Below are positions 1-10,108 of a stretch of 64,000 bases of DNA, piece by piece. Below the pieces are notes generated by a model, which was not told the origin of the DNA, did not search any database, and saw only the letters and a program-made list of their open reading frames with translations. Source of the DNA: Candidatus Bathyarchaeota archaeon (GTDB taxonomy: Archaea; Thermoproteota; Bathyarchaeia; Bathyarchaeales; Bathycorpusculaceae). The first letter of the stretch is position 1; each line of letters starts with the position of its first letter. A program made the translations under genes and the position numbers. Location: assembly GCA_963782525.1 (NCBI GenBank), contig CAWAKC010000003.1, forward strand, positions 64,001-128,000, written 5' to 3'.

Positions 1-4
1 GTCC

Positions 5-307
5 ATGGTGAAAGCATTAAGAGGCATGTCGGTTGAAATCCAAGAAGCTGTGGAGTTCACCAAGAAGTATAGCGAAATAAGAATGAATGAAGTTAAGTTC
101 TGGCTTAGCGCAGGCACTGAAATTGACTATACTCTGTCTATTTATTATGATTTTCATGCAGCAGCATGGGGTATGCTTCTTGAGGAAATGGATGCAAAAA
201 ATGGGTCCCCTAAAGTCGTGGGCGAAATTGCCTGCATGGAACCTATGACCTTTCGCTTTATTGAGCAAGAGAGTATTCTTAAAACTGAACCCTTTTCTAT
301 CCCTTAA
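5..307 (+). CDS. hypothetical protein (possibly 5'-truncated by window edge)
   Basis: 100-aa ORF, no recognised motif. Confidence 0.5.
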   Translation: MVKALRGMSVEIQEAVEFTKKYSEIRMNEVKFWLSAGTEIDYTLSIYYDFHAAAWGMLLEEMDAKNGSPKVVGEIACMEPMTFRFIEQESILKTEPFSIP

Positions 308-639
308 TTATTTCTGGTCGACTTTAACCACAAGGCGTAATAAGATTTAGCATATCGACTATCTATAGCCCTTTTCCAGACCTCAAGGCCTGCCCTAGTC
401 TTAAGAATTTAATAATTTAAAAATTGCTAGAGACTTGTTGTATTTCTGAACGACTTCATCAAATTTCTTTTGTGACAGAAATATTCCTCAGAGTTTTTGT
501 CTACGCTTTGCTAATAAACTGTAGTGACTGTTAATTTAGCATTCGTTATTCTTTTTTGGTTTAAGGAACAACTTAAAACCATCCATCATTCACGTAACGA
601 ATAAAAATAGTGGGCAGGCTCTTCGACAAGTAACTCTAA

Positions 640-813
640 CTATTCAAGTTCTTCACTTGAAACAAGAAACACTGGATACTCTTGTGAACCAGCTGCTTTG
701 TTACCGGTGTTTGTGTGACCTTTCATACATCTCATTCCGTATCTTGTTTTAGTTTCATTTTCCCAAACCTTTTCAGTTGATCCACCACATATTGGGCACC
801 TAAAATCTTTCAT
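640..813 (-). CDS. small zinc-finger protein (57 aa, not in ORF track)
   Basis: Hand translation MKDFRCPICGGSTEKVW...RCMKGH...EELE*; CxxC...CxxxH pattern. Confidence 0.6.
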   Translation of the reverse strand: MKDFRCPICGGSTEKVWENETKTRYGMRCMKGHTNTGNKAAGSQEYPVFLVSSEELE

Positions 814-1094
814 ATATTTTCACCAAAACCGAAATTTTTAAGGATAAACAAATAGTCGCTGTTTTTCTCCAAGTTCTTCCGCTCAGTATAAACGTATTGT
901 TGGCTTGTTTCTTTAAGCCTTCCTGTCGTTTTTTCTCTCTTCTTTGTGGGACTTAGAATGTTTTTGAAGTTAATCAAAGATAGAAATCCGGCGTTTGTGC
1001 GTCGCAATTCCGGTATGGGTTCTCTTAACTCTATTAATTTTAATTGTTTTGAGCTCTATGACTTTAAAGTAAAATTTTTACCTATGCCAACTGC

Positions 1095-1739
1095 CTACCA
1101 TTCGTCTCTTTTGCTTATTTCTTCCTGTTTTTGATCTTGTTCTATTTCACGATAAATATTTTTTGCGGAAGATGTAACAACCGTTAGATCTGTACCTGCA
1201 ACACTTTTCACAGTTGGAATTTTCACCAATCTTTCTTCTCTAGTTTTTTGTACATATTGAACAGCCATTTCTTTAGAGGTGAAATTTAGCTTTTCACCAG
1301 AAGACCACATCTCATACATTTCCACCCTAAACAAGTATTCCTCTGCACCAATTCCCTTCATATCCACGATTAAAAGAAACTCAAAAGTGTCATTTAGTAG
1401 AGTACTTTGAGGTATGCTAATTGTTGTTGAATTGAGCAGGTGCTCTTGAAAATATAGATCTAAGTTAACTTTTGAAAAAGATGCTTTTGAAGGCAATAGG
1501 CTAAAGTCAACTTTAAAGGCTAACTCGTCTTCTTTGGTTGTCTCGGAGACGCTGTTGATCACTATTTCTTTTGTTGACTTAATTGGCTCTTTATTTCTGT
1601 TAATGTTGAATTGAAAAGAGAGGTCTTCAAGCGTTGATTGCTTTTTCTGCTTAACATTAACTGATATTATCTCTCTTTTTTGCTGATTCTTAGATAATCT
1701 AACCATTCTCAAATCAACTAATTCATTTCTACGAGACAA
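1095..1739 (-). CDS. hypothetical protein, beta-rich
   Basis: 214-aa ORF; start uncertain. Confidence 0.65.
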   Translation of the reverse strand: MSRRNELVDLRMVRLSKNQQKREIISVNVKQKKQSTLEDLSFQFNINRNKEPIKSTKEIVINSVSETTKEDELAFKVDFSLLPSKASFSKVNLDLYFQEHLLNSTTISIPQSTLLNDTFEFLLIVDMKGIGAEEYLFRVEMYEMWSSGEKLNFTSKEMAVQYVQKTREERLVKIPTVKSVAGTDLTVVTSSAKNIYREIEQDQKQEEISKRDEW

Positions 1740-1973
1740 TATATTAGGCGATGTTTAATGGTGTATCTTCTGTCCAGTCTTGTAGATCAGTTTTGCCTGT
1801 TCCAGTAAAGTTATCGTCGCTTTTTCTTGTTTGTCCGGTCGGTTACCGTATTTTTAAGTAAATGCTTATTTTGTCCTTGTCTCAACATGTGATCAAAAGT
1901 TCAATCTGTAATTAAAGGTTAAATCCAACTCAACAATAATAAAGCGTTGAAAAAGTCACGGTGAAATGAAATT

Positions 1974-2291
1974 ATGGACTTAGCGGTCGAGCTTAAAAAA
2001 CTTCAGGGCAAGCGTTTGACGACTATTTACCAAAACAAACCTTTTGAAATTACCCAAGTTTCAAATGACCAAATAACTCTCAAAACGTCCAAAGAATCAC
2101 GTCACCCTATAACCATGAAAGAAATAAGACTTGCCTGGAACCATTTAGAAAAATGTAAAAAATTAACTCGTTCAGAAGTGCGCGCTTTGGGAGATTCTGA
2201 AATTAACCCTACTTATGTAATGGCTATTCTTGCGAGCCTGTCCGGAGTTACTCACAGTCTTGGGCCACTCATATTAAGGCTCCCTGAATAA
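1974..2291 (+). CDS. hypothetical protein
   Basis: 105-aa ORF with GGTGA SD-like motif upstream. Confidence 0.65.
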   Translation: MDLAVELKKLQGKRLTTIYQNKPFEITQVSNDQITLKTSKESRHPITMKEIRLAWNHLEKCKKLTRSEVRALGDSEINPTYVMAILASLSGVTHSLGPLILRLPE

Positions 2292-2548
2292 CATGCTTGT
2301 GACTGTTTCTTAAATCCAGCACAGCAGCGCCCAACGGGTTCTTTGGCTGGATGGAAATCTGCTTTGGATTTAGAAACAGCCAACCCTACAACAACCAGAA
2401 CGTAGGCCCACAAGTGTTACCCACCCTAAGTTCAGTTTCGGCACCCAACCAAGGCAGCTAAGGTTACGGATACGGCTAGTGGTCCTGCATGAAAAGATAA
2501 TAATCCTTTAAAATTCATTCCAAGGAACCTTTTCGTAATCCTTTTGGC

Positions 2549-2773
2549 TTGTTTATTCTTTTCTGTTTTCGAGCGACCGTCGAGTTCCAAGAATACAAAA
2601 CAGAGGTCACAGTTATGGTCCTATTGGGCCACAAAACAACAGCTTACCTATGGCTCTGCGTTCAATTAGCCCGTATCTGCTTCCGCGGAGCACCAAAAAA
2701 ATACATCAGTCTCTGGGTTACAAATCGGGAAGAAGAATCAAAAGCAGTCGAAGGCGGATTTGAATACGTTTAG
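2549..2773 (+). pseudogene. tyrosine integrase C-terminal remnant
   Basis: VMVLLGHK and terminal EGGFEYV resemble the 3017-3355 remnant; catalytic Tyr and N-terminus missing. Confidence 0.6.
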
Positions 2774-2955
2774 AATAGCAACAGATGGAGCAAGCCTTTA
2801 CCGACGAGCAGACACAACAGCAACAACCATAATCGGGCACGACTAAAAACCGAAAACCAAAATAATATCGCCCTCGGATAACAAATTCTGGCAAGCGACT
2901 AAAAGCCGATATAATCATCGACACTGGTCGCTAGACCACAAGAAAGCATGTATGT

Positions 2956-2988
2956 GCGGTCGTAGTCTAGTTTGGTCTTAGACTTCAG
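2956..2988 (+). repeat. 5' tRNA-Gly fragment, candidate att site
   Basis: GCGGTCGTAGTCTAGTTTGGTCT (2956-2978) is identical to 26573-26595; similarity continues to ...AGACTTCAG; no T-arm or 3' half follows. Confidence 0.8.
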
Positions 2989-3016
2989 TGTCGATGTCAC
3001 CACTGGCATTTCTTGT

Positions 3017-3355
3017 TTATCTGCGTTCATACGAGAATATCCTCTTTTTGTATATTTTTACTCCCGGTTCCCAATCAGTGTCGTAAGAATAGCCATCATT
3101 AGTCAGCTTCAATGCTTCCTCAAGTGTCCTTGCAACAGCAGATACCCAATTCTCCTGACCTGTAGCGGCGGCAGCTTTAACTAAGTCAACGTACAATTGC
3201 GCGCTTGACCAGCTTTTATGTCCCAAAACAACCATAACAACCGCCAAGCTTTTTGTTGCAATGTAAATATCAGTGCCTTTCTTGTACCGCAAAGTATGGA
3301 AGTGAATCTTGCGCAACCGCGTATTTCCAGTGCGTATTATAATTCGTTTACGCAT
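3017..3355 (-). pseudogene. tyrosine integrase C-terminal remnant
   Basis: HFHTLR...LGHK...QLY catalytic motifs; N-terminal half lost, abutting a GNAT fragment. Confidence 0.8.
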
Positions 3356-3730
3356 GCGCGATATTTCGGGTGAACAACTAAGCGGCTAATCAAGCTGATT
3401 TGAGCGTTAACTTCAAACATATTCATCTTTGGTAGAGCTAAGCGACGTCCAAAACAGGATGGCGAAGGATAACAATAAACGATCACTCCGCAGAGCTCAT
3501 TGCCACGCATTAACCTAAAGAAGTGCCTAGCGACTGATGTGTTATGTCCGCGGTAGTGGAAAGTGGCGAGTTTTAGCCAATCTTCCCGGGTGCCGACTTC
3601 AACTCTCATTTCTTTAATTAGGCTGCATTCGCTGGCTTTTGCGGATAGATATTTTATGTCGATTTCTTCTCCAAACCGCTTAATCACAAACACAGAAGGC
3701 GAAAGATCCTCAACTAGGTCGCTATGAGTA
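3337..3730 (-). pseudogene. fragment of ABC-ATPase/GNAT fusion, paralog of 10589-12040
   Basis: FHYRGH...CGVIVY...RLVVHPKYR; DNA 3661-3729 nearly identical to about 11369-11437. Confidence 0.85.
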
Positions 3731-3790
3731 CTGTGTTCTTAATGTGTCTTAGCTTTTTTCTGGTTTTAAGTTTAAATTTTTGTAAATTTG

Positions 3791-3818
3791 AGATGTGCTT
3801 AATACATTAAGCGAATCC
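3791..3818. repeat. 28-bp dyad site A (dif/Xer-like or operator)
   Basis: AGATGTGCTTAA-TACA-TTAAGCGAATCC. Confidence 0.6.
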
Positions 3819-3856
3819 CCTTTTTGCCTTGGAAAATAACTATTGCGGGCTCGCTG

Positions 3857-3884
3857 GGAGTCGTTTAAACTATTAGGCGAATCC
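3857..3884. repeat. 28-bp dyad site B
   Basis: GGAGTCGTTTAA-ACTA-TTAGGCGAATCC. Confidence 0.65.
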
Positions 3885-3990
3885 TGAATAAATTTGGGGC
3901 AAACCTGGGCAAACCTTCTCCCAATAGGTGAACCTGACTGGACTTAACCCCGAATAGGCATGGTCCATATACTGCAGCATGCGCTTAACT

Positions 3991-4434
3991 TTAGCTAAAG
4001 ATAAGATGTAGTGGATAATAGGCGATGCCAAGTCCGAGGGTTATTATCCAGATTGTTAGGATTTCCCACATCAACTTTTTCCGCGGCGCGCAGAACCGCG
4101 TTTCGCTAGATTCTCCCAACGCCCACTTGCCAACTAGCCAAATGCCAAGAGAAATTGTTACCAAACCTATGACGCCGTGAACAACTCCTAAAAGTGCAAC
4201 AACATTGAAGTCTTCCAACATTTCCGCTACTACCCGAACAAAAGAAGGCCCCATGTGAGCAATCGTTAGCAAGGTAGCAATCATGACGACAACCATCATG
4301 GTGTTGCCATGCCAAACAAACTTCTTTCGCCTTTGAAGAAAAATGCTTAGAATTATTAACAAACTTAAGACGGCAACTAAAATGATCAGATTTGCCTGCG
4401 ACATCCATTCATGAACCTCATTATAAGTTACCAT
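3991..4434 (-). CDS. DUF420-like 4-TM membrane protein with His residues
   Basis: Four hydrophobic segments; WHGNTM, AHMG and VHGV His; adjacent to oxidase cassette. Confidence 0.55.
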   Translation of the reverse strand: MVTYNEVHEWMSQANLIILVAVLSLLIILSIFLQRRKKFVWHGNTMMVVVMIATLLTIAHMGPSFVRVVAEMLEDFNVVALLGVVHGVIGLVTISLGIWLVGKWALGESSETRFCAPRKKLMWEILTIWIITLGLGIAYYPLHLIFS

Positions 4435-4801
4435 CCTTCAATCCTCGTCTTTGACTAATTAGTTTAAAAAACAATAAAACAGTTACTATCTAACCTGTTT
4501 TACACGTCATTTAAAAAAAAACTATACTTTGTCAAAGCCCACTACCAGCCCATTATGTTTAGCAATATGTTCTCAAAATTCTTTTTCTAGTCTCTTGTTT
4601 ATTCGCAGAATTCTACGATTAACCTGGAACCGCTGGACTAAGTTGTCTCAAGACTAAAGCCCAAATCTTACTGCCGTTAAAATGAAATCCCCGTTGTAGC
4701 TTTGGCCGTTGTTTTCCTTCAGTTTTCCTTGGATAGAAAAGCTGACAATAATTTTAAATAAGAATTCAGCTAAGCACATTTCTATAACTCTGGAATTCAA
4801 T

Positions 4802-6703
4802 ATGGACTTTGAAGTATTTTTTCTGCTCGCGGCCAGTTTGTTGCTCTTATTAGACATTGCTCTCTTGTCAACCATGAAATTAACTGCTAAACTAAAAAGA
4901 CAGTACATCCTTTTCGCCGCTTTTTCCATATTTGCCTTAATAATAACATCTTACGCGATGCTTCTGCAAGCTTTCATTGGCAACGATTTTTCTCTTGTTG
5001 GGGTGTACTCTTCCAGCTCCTCCAGTGCTTCTTTGTTTTCAAAAATTTACTCCAGTTGGGCTGGAGCTGGGGGCTCGATGCTTTTCTTAACAGTTCTGCT
5101 AAGCATATTTTACTTTATATTAAGAATTATAGCTTTCAAAAAACCCAACAAATTCAACACAATCACCTGTCAGATCTTCGGTGTGGTCCTCTTTGTTTTC
5201 ATAATTGTGTGTTTGCTAAGAAACCCATTCGAACGTTTTCCCACGGTTCCAGCGGAAGGAATTGGTCTCAACCCACAGTTGCAAAGTGTATGGATGGCGA
5301 TTCACCCACCAATAGTATTTTCAGCTTATGCCTTCGCGGTTTTGACCTTTGCGTTGACGATAGCAAGTATCAAGACAGATAGAGAACTTGATGACTCAAA
5401 ACTATTCAAAGCTTCAACCTACGCAGCTTGGTTACTTCTCACAATTGGGATAGCTCTTGGTGGACTTTGGGCTTACGAAGTCTTAGGGTGGGGTGGATAC
5501 TGGGCTTGGGATCCAGTTGAAACAGCTTCTCTGTTGCCTTGGCTTTTTCTAGTGGCGTATTTCGTAGTGAAAAATATTTCCAATGACAAGAAGAGCTTAA
5601 CACGAGAATTAATGATTATGATAACATTTGCCAGCCTAGTTTTCTTGAGTGCCCTAACCCGTGGAGGATTGACTCAATCAGTCCATTCTTATGCAGTATC
5701 GGCAATTGGTCCCATAATGCTTACATTTGCGGTGGGGATGGTTGTTTATTTCTTCTATGTGGCAAAAAACAAAAGAAAGCCTCTCTTCCAACTGGAAGTT
5801 AATAGGGCTTCTTTGTCGTCTCGTTCTTACTATCTGGGTTTCTGGGCGCTGATTCTCATAGCCGTCGTCTGCCTAGTGGGGCTGGCTTTTCCAGGTTTTG
5901 CCTATAGCTATTGGACCTACCCGTTTGTCGTTTTATTCGTCGTGGCTTTGATCGGTTACAGCTTCAAAGAGAAGACGCATTACGTTCGTCAACTCCTAAT
6001 AGTGGCTATTTCGTTAGTCGCGGGAGTAGCTATCTCGCTGATTGGATTTGCATCTGTAAATATCCTTGTCACATTTACAGTTCCTCTTTTACTGACTGCG
6101 TTTTTTTGCCTTATTTATAAACTGGCTAGAACTATTCGTCGGAGATCTCTACTTGGACAAAGCATATTCGCGTTAGCTGTAATTGTTTTACTCTTGGGTG
6201 TTTTTATGAGTGCGGGAGCAAAAACAGTAGTCACCTTAAACGACGTGAAAATTAATACGCCCCAAAAAGCTATGCAATTCGATATCGTGGTTACGGGTAT
6301 ACATATTGAAAACAGTACGATGCAGGTTTACAATTCACAAGCCAATTCTGTTATCCCGGAATATTCGATTATTAAAGCCGATGTCACAATGCGAGATTCT
6401 GATAGAATCTATCAAGGAAGCCTTTCTGCTTCCTTGTACCCAAACTATGGGTTGGTGATTAAGCCTTTAATTATTACGACAGAGACTGGTGATCTTTATG
6501 TCCATATAGAGTTCACGGACTCGCTTTACAATACTTTAATGCAAGCATCAAGCGGCAACAGTGTTGCGCCCAATGAAGTGGCAATTTCGGTTCAAAACAG
6601 TCCGCTGATCTACTTAGTCTGGGCAGGTGTTGTGCTCATGGCAATCGCCATATTAATTCAGTTCGCGAGCGATCTTTCTTCACAAAAAGAGTGGCGCTAC
6701 TAA
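4802..6703 (+). CDS. ccmF: cytochrome c biogenesis heme lyase CcmF
   Basis: GLNPQLQ..MAIHPP, WWD motif WGGYWAWDPVETASL, LTRGG..SVHSYA; start probably ATG 4802 (ORF open from 4709). Confidence 0.9.
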   Translation: MDFEVFFLLAASLLLLLDIALLSTMKLTAKLKRQYILFAAFSIFALIITSYAMLLQAFIGNDFSLVGVYSSSSSSASLFSKIYSSWAGAGGSMLFLTVLLSIFYFILRIIAFKKPNKFNTITCQIFGVVLFVFIIVCLLRNPFERFPTVPAEGIGLNPQLQSVWMAIHPPIVFSAYAFAVLTFALTIASIKTDRELDDSKLFKASTYAAWLLLTIGIALGGLWAYEVLGWGGYWAWDPVETASLLPWLFLVAYFVVKNISNDKKSLTRELMIMITFASLVFLSALTRGGLTQSVHSYAVSAIGPIMLTFAVGMVVYFFYVAKNKRKPLFQLEVNRASLSSRSYYLGFWALILIAVVCLVGLAFPGFAYSYWTYPFVVLFVVALIGYSFKEKTHYVRQLLIVAISLVAGVAISLIGFASVNILVTFTVPLLLTAFFCLIYKLARTIRRRSLLGQSIFALAVIVLLLGVFMSAGAKTVVTLNDVKINTPQKAMQFDIVVTGIHIENSTMQVYNSQANSVIPEYSIIKADVTMRDSDRIYQGSLSASLYPNYGLVIKPLIITTETGDLYVHIEFTDSLYNTLMQASSGNSVAPNEVAISVQNSPLIYLVWAGVVLMAIAILIQFASDLSSQKEWRY

Positions 6704-6912
6704 GAATGTTGTTGGTTATCGAAGCTTATGTTCTGAATATACCTCAGTGTAATTAATGCAACAACGCTAACAAATTATTAGCTAATTTCACCGAGCATAC
6801 ATTATTGAGTTACAAAGTAAGCGCTTAATTAGATATGCTGTTGCTAACTTGTTCTAGCATAGTTTTAAAAAGCGATCGCAACAAAAGTACATTCGGAAAT
6901 TAGGGGTTTTTC

Positions 6913-8355
6913 ATGGCTGAGGCAGAGGCAACAAAAGCAGTAGTTACTAATGGGTTAGAGCCTGCTGATCTTAAGAGTGCGGACTCGGTGGCTAAGTATT
7001 GGCTTTATTCTGCTGTCCTTTGGTTCCCCATTTTTGCAACATTTGGAATGATAATGGCAATAAAGTTTTTTGTTCCAACGTTTCTTGTCGATTCTGCCTT
7101 CGATACATTTGGTAGAATCAGACCCGCCCACGTCAATGGACTGCTTTTCGGTTTCTTATCTTCAGGCCTAATAGGCGCAATGTACTACGTGGCTCCGAGA
7201 TTATCCCACGTTTCTCTATACAAGCCAATTCTCGGAAAAATTTCTGCAGTGTTGTGGAATGTCGGAGTATTGGCGGGAGTTCTCTTGATCATGAGTGGAG
7301 ACACACAAGCCCGAGAATACGCGGAATTTCCCTGGATAATAGATGTAGTGATTATGATTACATTGATCATCATTGGCATTACAATAATTGGCACAATCAT
7401 AAAAAGAAAAGAACGCAAACTCTACGTTAGCTTGTGGTTCTTTGCAGCCATATTTCTCTGGTTTCCCATAGTGTACTTTATCGGAAACGTGATGTGGCGA
7501 CCTCCATCTGGAGCGCTTTTCGGCTTGACCGATGCCATAGTCAACTGGTTTTACGGACACAACGTTTTGGGACTCTGGTTCACTCCATTCGGATTAGCCC
7601 TATGGTACTATTTCATACCTAAACTCTCAAAACGAGCTCTTTACAGCGTAACTCTATCTTTGATTAGCTTCTTTGCTCTGGCATTCTTTTACACCGGTGT
7701 AGGAGGGCATCACCTGCTACAGTCTTCAATTCCGGAATGGTTAAAAACTATAGCCGTTGCAACGAGCGGTCTGATGATGATTTCTGTTTTGACGTTTGCT
7801 ACGAACATTGGAATGACCCTTCGAGGCGCTTGGCACTCTGTTTGGAGTAATGTACCCTTACGGTTCATTGTTTTCGGCTTCATCAACTACATACTTGTTT
7901 CAATTCAGGGAACTTTCCAAGCGTTTCGTGATATGAACTTGTACTTGCATTACTCACAATGGCCTGTGATGCATTCGCATTTAGCGTTGTATGGTTCTTT
8001 TGCAATTACGATAATGGGGATGATGTATTTTTTGGTGCCTCGCCTCTCAGGAAGAAAACTCTGGAACAAAAAACTAATGGATGTCAGTTGGTGGCTAACC
8101 TTATTGGGTTTTATAATATTCATGGCCGGAATGATGCTAGCCGGATTAGTTGCAAACGCTAGCTGGTACACCCATCAGACTATCGTTCAAGCTTTACCAA
8201 CATTGACACCTTACTTAATTGTCAGAGCCATTGGTGGCGGCATAGTTGTTGTTTCCGCTTTCCTTTTCGCGATTGATATCATTATGACTATTTTTTCAAA
8301 ACCTTTGTCATCTCTTGAAAATGCAGAAACAATTGGAGGTGTGCGGAAAGAATGA
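6913..8355 (+). CDS. ccoN: cbb3-type (C-family) heme-copper oxidase subunit I
   Basis: FGRIRPAHVN, REYAE, WFYGHN, FYTGVGGHH (Tyr six residues before the His pair), HYSQWPVMHSH. Confidence 0.88.
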   Translation: MAEAEATKAVVTNGLEPADLKSADSVAKYWLYSAVLWFPIFATFGMIMAIKFFVPTFLVDSAFDTFGRIRPAHVNGLLFGFLSSGLIGAMYYVAPRLSHVSLYKPILGKISAVLWNVGVLAGVLLIMSGDTQAREYAEFPWIIDVVIMITLIIIGITIIGTIIKRKERKLYVSLWFFAAIFLWFPIVYFIGNVMWRPPSGALFGLTDAIVNWFYGHNVLGLWFTPFGLALWYYFIPKLSKRALYSVTLSLISFFALAFFYTGVGGHHLLQSSIPEWLKTIAVATSGLMMISVLTFATNIGMTLRGAWHSVWSNVPLRFIVFGFINYILVSIQGTFQAFRDMNLYLHYSQWPVMHSHLALYGSFAITIMGMMYFLVPRLSGRKLWNKKLMDVSWWLTLLGFIIFMAGMMLAGLVANASWYTHQTIVQALPTLTPYLIVRAIGGGIVVVSAFLFAIDIIMTIFSKPLSSLENAETIGGVRKE

Positions 8356-9965
8356 GTGATGCTGAAAAGAAGTTTGAGGAAGAATTGGAGAGGCTAGAAC
8401 GAACTGCGGAGAAGAAAGTCAGAATAATAAAGAAGAAAACTCAATTTAAGAATTTGTTTCCGCTTGTTGCAGGTGGAGTAGCTGTCTTTCTTCTCATGGT
8501 TAGTATGGTTGTAGTTGCTCCCTACATGTTTCTTTTAGACATTCCTCCAAGCGATACCGCTCACGTGTATACAACGCAGGAAGCAGAAGGAAGAAACTTA
8601 TTCATGAGTTTGGGATGTTTCTACTGCCATTCTCAACAAGTCAGAGCTAGCGATTGGGGAATCGGCAATGTCTCTCAAGAAGGAGATTACGTGTACGATA
8701 GCCCAGCCGCGTTGGGTACAGAGAGGACGGGTCCAGATCTTGCTCAAATCGGTGGAATGCGCCCAACCCTGTGGCAGCAAATGCACGATAGGGACCCACG
8801 CAGTGTAAGCCCAGGTTCTTTAATGCCGAATTTCGGATTCTTAAGTGATGAGCAGATAGATGCTCTAGTAGCTTATATTCAAAATCTAGGTCAAGAAAAC
8901 CTCCAAGTTGAAGCTTCAATCACTAATGGTTCTTCTTTTCACCCTGCCGTACCAGACGAGTATGTGAACGCGACTAACCAGTTTACGCCAATGTTGATGA
9001 CTGCGTTGGCACAATATGACGTTGAAAATGACGCTTACAATGGAAATGCTACGTTTGGTGACCAATGGGGAGTCCTTTTTGATGCTGCTAAAGCTGATTA
9101 TACACAGTTTTGCCTGTCTTGCCATGGATGTTCAGGAAATGCAGAAGGCCCATATGCTCGGCATGTAGCGACTCAGCCTGCAAATCTGCATGAACGCATA
9201 GCTACATTTCCAGGTGACAGTTATGACATCTGGCGAGTGAGCGGCGGGGTACCTGGAACAGCCATGCCTGAATGGAGCCTTACACTTAATGCTACTGAAA
9301 TTAGGCTTTTAGCAGCTTATGAGTTGAGCTTTGTTTTTGGTTCCGCTAGAACAATTTCTGGCGATATCTCTGATGCTGAAGGAGACAACTTTGCTCAAAC
9401 AGTTCTTAACGTGCCGCCCATAGGTGGAACGATGCAGGATTACCAGTCGGGTAAAAGTCTATACACCTTGTACTGTGCACAATGCCACGGGAACGATGGG
9501 CAGGGAGATGGACCTGCCTCAAGTAAGGTTCAAGGTGGCTACATTGTCCCTGAACCCGCCAACTTTACCGAATCCGGAAACGACTTCATGTACTATGGAC
9601 GCTACGTTTGGAAAGTACAACAAGGCGTCGAAACAACAAATATGCCACCCTGGAAATATGCAATGACGGATAACGAAATTTACCAATTAGTCTTCTATGT
9701 GCAAAGCTTCTCAAAAGCCAGTGACTACAATACGAAATGGGCACCGCAGTATACTGATCAATATGCAAGGGACCTCAAAGGTGGCCCTGTCCAGTCTGGG
9801 TTGTTCACAAATCTTGAAACAAATCCAGTAGGAGCCTTAGTTGCTTTCATAGCTGTTCTTCTTTGGGATCGTAATTTTGAAAAACTACGAAATCTTTACC
9901 AAAATGCAAGGATTCAAATGCCAACCAAAGCTTTGAAATTATGGAGGTTAATCCCCTGGACATAG
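8352..9965 (+). CDS. ccoO: CcoO subunit fused to two extra cytochrome c domains (triheme)
   Basis: GCFYCHSQQVR, GTERTGPDL and PGSLMP (CcoO); CLSCH..AMP and CAQCH..NMP domains. Confidence 0.85.
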   Translation: MSDAEKKFEEELERLERTAEKKVRIIKKKTQFKNLFPLVAGGVAVFLLMVSMVVVAPYMFLLDIPPSDTAHVYTTQEAEGRNLFMSLGCFYCHSQQVRASDWGIGNVSQEGDYVYDSPAALGTERTGPDLAQIGGMRPTLWQQMHDRDPRSVSPGSLMPNFGFLSDEQIDALVAYIQNLGQENLQVEASITNGSSFHPAVPDEYVNATNQFTPMLMTALAQYDVENDAYNGNATFGDQWGVLFDAAKADYTQFCLSCHGCSGNAEGPYARHVATQPANLHERIATFPGDSYDIWRVSGGVPGTAMPEWSLTLNATEIRLLAAYELSFVFGSARTISGDISDAEGDNFAQTVLNVPPIGGTMQDYQSGKSLYTLYCAQCHGNDGQGDGPASSKVQGGYIVPEPANFTESGNDFMYYGRYVWKVQQGVETTNMPPWKYAMTDNEIYQLVFYVQSFSKASDYNTKWAPQYTDQYARDLKGGPVQSGLFTNLETNPVGALVAFIAVLLWDRNFEKLRNLYQNARIQMPTKALKLWRLIPWT

Positions 9966-9967
9966 AT

Positions 9968-10108
9968 ATGTTGATCTATATTATCGGTGCATTAGGAATC
10001 ACATTCATAACTGCTGGTTTTGTTGTCTGGAGTTTTGTAACCAAAGCGTTTGAAGGTAATGAAAATTTGAGGTTTAAGCCGCTTGAGGAGGATGAAACCG
10101 AGCAATGA
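9968..10108 (+). CDS. CcoS/FixS-like cbb3 maturation peptide (46 aa, not in ORF track)
   Basis: MLIYIIGALGITFITAGFVVWSFVTKAFEGNENLRFKPLEEDETEQ*; single TM, Trp, acidic tail; stop overlaps next ATG. Confidence 0.65.
   Translation: MLIYIIGALGITFITAGFVVWSFVTKAFEGNENLRFKPLEEDETEQ

Noticed and set aside
2310-2490. GC-rich ncRNA
   Set aside because: One frame reads like a decayed low-complexity protein (NGFFGWM..GYGYG) with stops; no convincing fold
2860-2990. Permuted tRNA gene
   Set aside because: No T-arm or 3' half upstream of the 5' fragment
6913-8355. Nitric oxide reductase NorB
   Set aside because: C-family Tyr before the HH pair and WFYGHN are present, the HLWVEG Glu motif is absent, and the partner is CcoO-like
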